The translations under genes were made by a program, and so were the position numbers. Shown here in pieces: positions 62,305 through 64,000 of a DNA stretch of 64,000 nt. The notes under the pieces are model-generated. The model was not told where the DNA came from. It saw nothing but the letters and a program-made list of their open reading frames with translations, and made no database searches. The stretch's first letter is position 1; the number at the start of each line of letters is the position of its first letter. The DNA lies in assembly GCF_006345805.1 (NCBI RefSeq), contig NC_043003.1, positions 27,466,001 to 27,530,000 on the forward strand, in the 5' to 3' direction. This DNA is from Octopus sinensis. Taxonomy: Eukaryota.

Positions 62305-62699
62305 TTTGTAATTGCTGTATCATACAGTTCAAATTAGTTTGGAAACATAAATATTAAAACAGCAGAGAGTTGTTTTAGGCTGGTGTCATATCACAGAAGC
62401 TATATAATAAGTATCAGATCATATGATAGTGTTAACTGTGATAGACTAGTGTCATATCTCAGGAGAGTTATGAGAAGTAGTAAATCATTTGATAATGTTA
62501 ACTTTGATAGACAGGTAATTTGTCTTAGGAATGATATGATCTGGTATTGTTAACTATGATGGAAAACATATCATATCTAGTAGTTAATAAATTTTAAAGT
62601 TCCCAGATCAGATGTCATTTCCCCTTGTATTTTCATTTTCATTTATTTACCTCTGCAGTTTCCTCTTCATCCTTCCTCACATATTCTTGTATTTTGCAG

Positions 62700-62831
62700 G
62701 ACAACCAAGTTCCAGTCTGTCCCTTATGCAATACGCCAATTGGCTTAAAGAAAGGAGAACTTCCAGATGTTGTGATTGGCCATCATATAGACAATGATTG
62801 TCAGTCAGATCCTGCCAGACAACGCCGAAAG
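62700..62831 (+). CDS. ZFAND2B: ZFAND2 coding exon 4 (132 nt; DNQVPVCPLCNTPIGLKKGELPDVVIGHHIDNDCQSDPARQRRK); gene continues beyond window
   Basis: Acceptor TTTTGCAG| and donor AAG|GTATCA; matches the QVPVCPLC..HID.DC.SDP motif of ZFAND2. The four exons total 282 nt = 94 codons with no stop. Confidence 0.95.
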
Positions 62832-63424
62832 GTATCAACAACTCTTTTTTTTTTCGCTTTTGTTTATGTTTGAATATTTAATAGTTTGTGTGTGTATTTG
62901 AGTGTTGCTATTTTTGTGTGTTGTCAGTGTGCTTGTGTTTGTGGTGTTTCTATGAAGGGTGTATGTTATTTGGATACAGCCAGACCAAGGCTGAAACTGC
63001 TATCCATAACTATTCCTCATTCCAGAAACAGACAAGTGTCCTTTTCTCCTAAACCCTGTCAATCTACCTGAAAAATTTGTAATATTTTGAAATTATCTCC
63101 CTTTCACATACAGTGTTTTCATTTCATTTCTCTGTCTGCAAGAGAAATTTTAATAAGACTTTGTCATGACTCTAGCATTTAATGCATTTCCCTCTCTAGT
63201 TAACTTTGTTACTCAAATTCATGCCACTGGCTTCATTATTATTTTTTTTGGTGGGGGCTCCTAATATTGGTGTTAGGAAGGGCATCCAGCCATAAAACCA
63301 TGCCAAAGCAGACATTGAGGCTTAATGCAGTCCTTAGAGACATCAGATCCTGTCAAACTAGCCAGTCCATTCCAGCAAAGAACATGGACATTAAATTACA
63401 TATATATATATGTTTGTGTGTGTG

Positions 63425-63760
63425 TGAAAGCACATGGCTCAGTGGTTAGAGCATCTGGCTCACAGTCATGAGGGAATGAATTCGATTCTTGGACCAGGCT
63501 ATGTGTTGTTATCTTGAGCAAGACCCTTTATTTCACGTTGCTCCTGTTCACTCAGCTGTAGAAATGAGTTGCAGCATCACTGGTGCCAAGCTGTATTGGC
63601 TTTTGCCTTTAACTTGGATAAAATTGGTGATGAGGAGAAGGGAGGCTGGTATGCATGGGTGACTGCTGGTCTTCCATAAACAACCTTGCCTGGACTTGTG
63701 TCTCAAAGGGTAACTTTCTAGGTCCCATATCCTGGTCATTCATGACTGAAGGGTGTCTTT
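63425..63760 (+). mobile_element. tRNA-derived SINE
   Basis: TGGCTCAGTGGTTAGAGC A-box-like and TTCGATTC B-box-like head, then a CTTGAGCAAG..TTTCACGTTGCTCC core shared with 51143-51407. Confidence 0.75.
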
Positions 63761-64000
63761 TACCCTTTATATATATTAATATATCATCATTGTCTCAACA
63801 TCCATTTTTCCATGCTTGCATGGGTTTGACTAAATTTGTTGAGGCAAATTTTTCATCGTTGAATACCCTTCGTGTTCCCAATCCTCACCAAATTCCCCAT
63901 GGCGAGACATAATTTTGGCAGACTATTGGAAATGACACTGCTTATATGACAGTGACACCCTTTTACAACTTTCACATGATGTTAAAACAAGGAAATACAT

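Overview
AT-rich, repeat-dense eukaryotic genomic DNA. The SINE/LINE families look like those of octopus (coleoid cephalopod); this taxon call is an inference. Two host genes face away from each other about 30.8 kb apart. One is the first coding exon (1122-1373, minus strand) of a KEN/D-box protein resembling the cyclin A N-terminus. The other is the first four coding exons of an AN1-type zinc finger gene (ZFAND2A/B, AIRAP family) on the plus strand: 32167-32221, 57742-57784, 61771-61822 and 62700-62831. These splice in frame to 94 aa, and a perfect heat-shock element lies upstream at 31133-31147. The 25.5-kb first intron holds a ~7.4-kb composite minisatellite whose 28-30 bp monomers are all built from seven 4-nt units. 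It also holds a loopless ~150-bp palindrome, an RTE LINE with an internal PHD-like finger, Helitron-like elements with non-canonical CTCG ends, and maT and mariner remnants. The intergenic region holds a nearly full-length CR1-like LINE (CCCH finger + endonuclease + RT) whose 3' tail matches local SINE tails. It also holds an R4/Dong LINE interrupted by a solo LTR, plus Helitrons, a MITE and many tRNA-derived SINEs. No prokaryotic features, CRISPR arrays, rRNA or true tRNA genes were seen. Most ORFs in the supplied track are artefacts of simple repeats.
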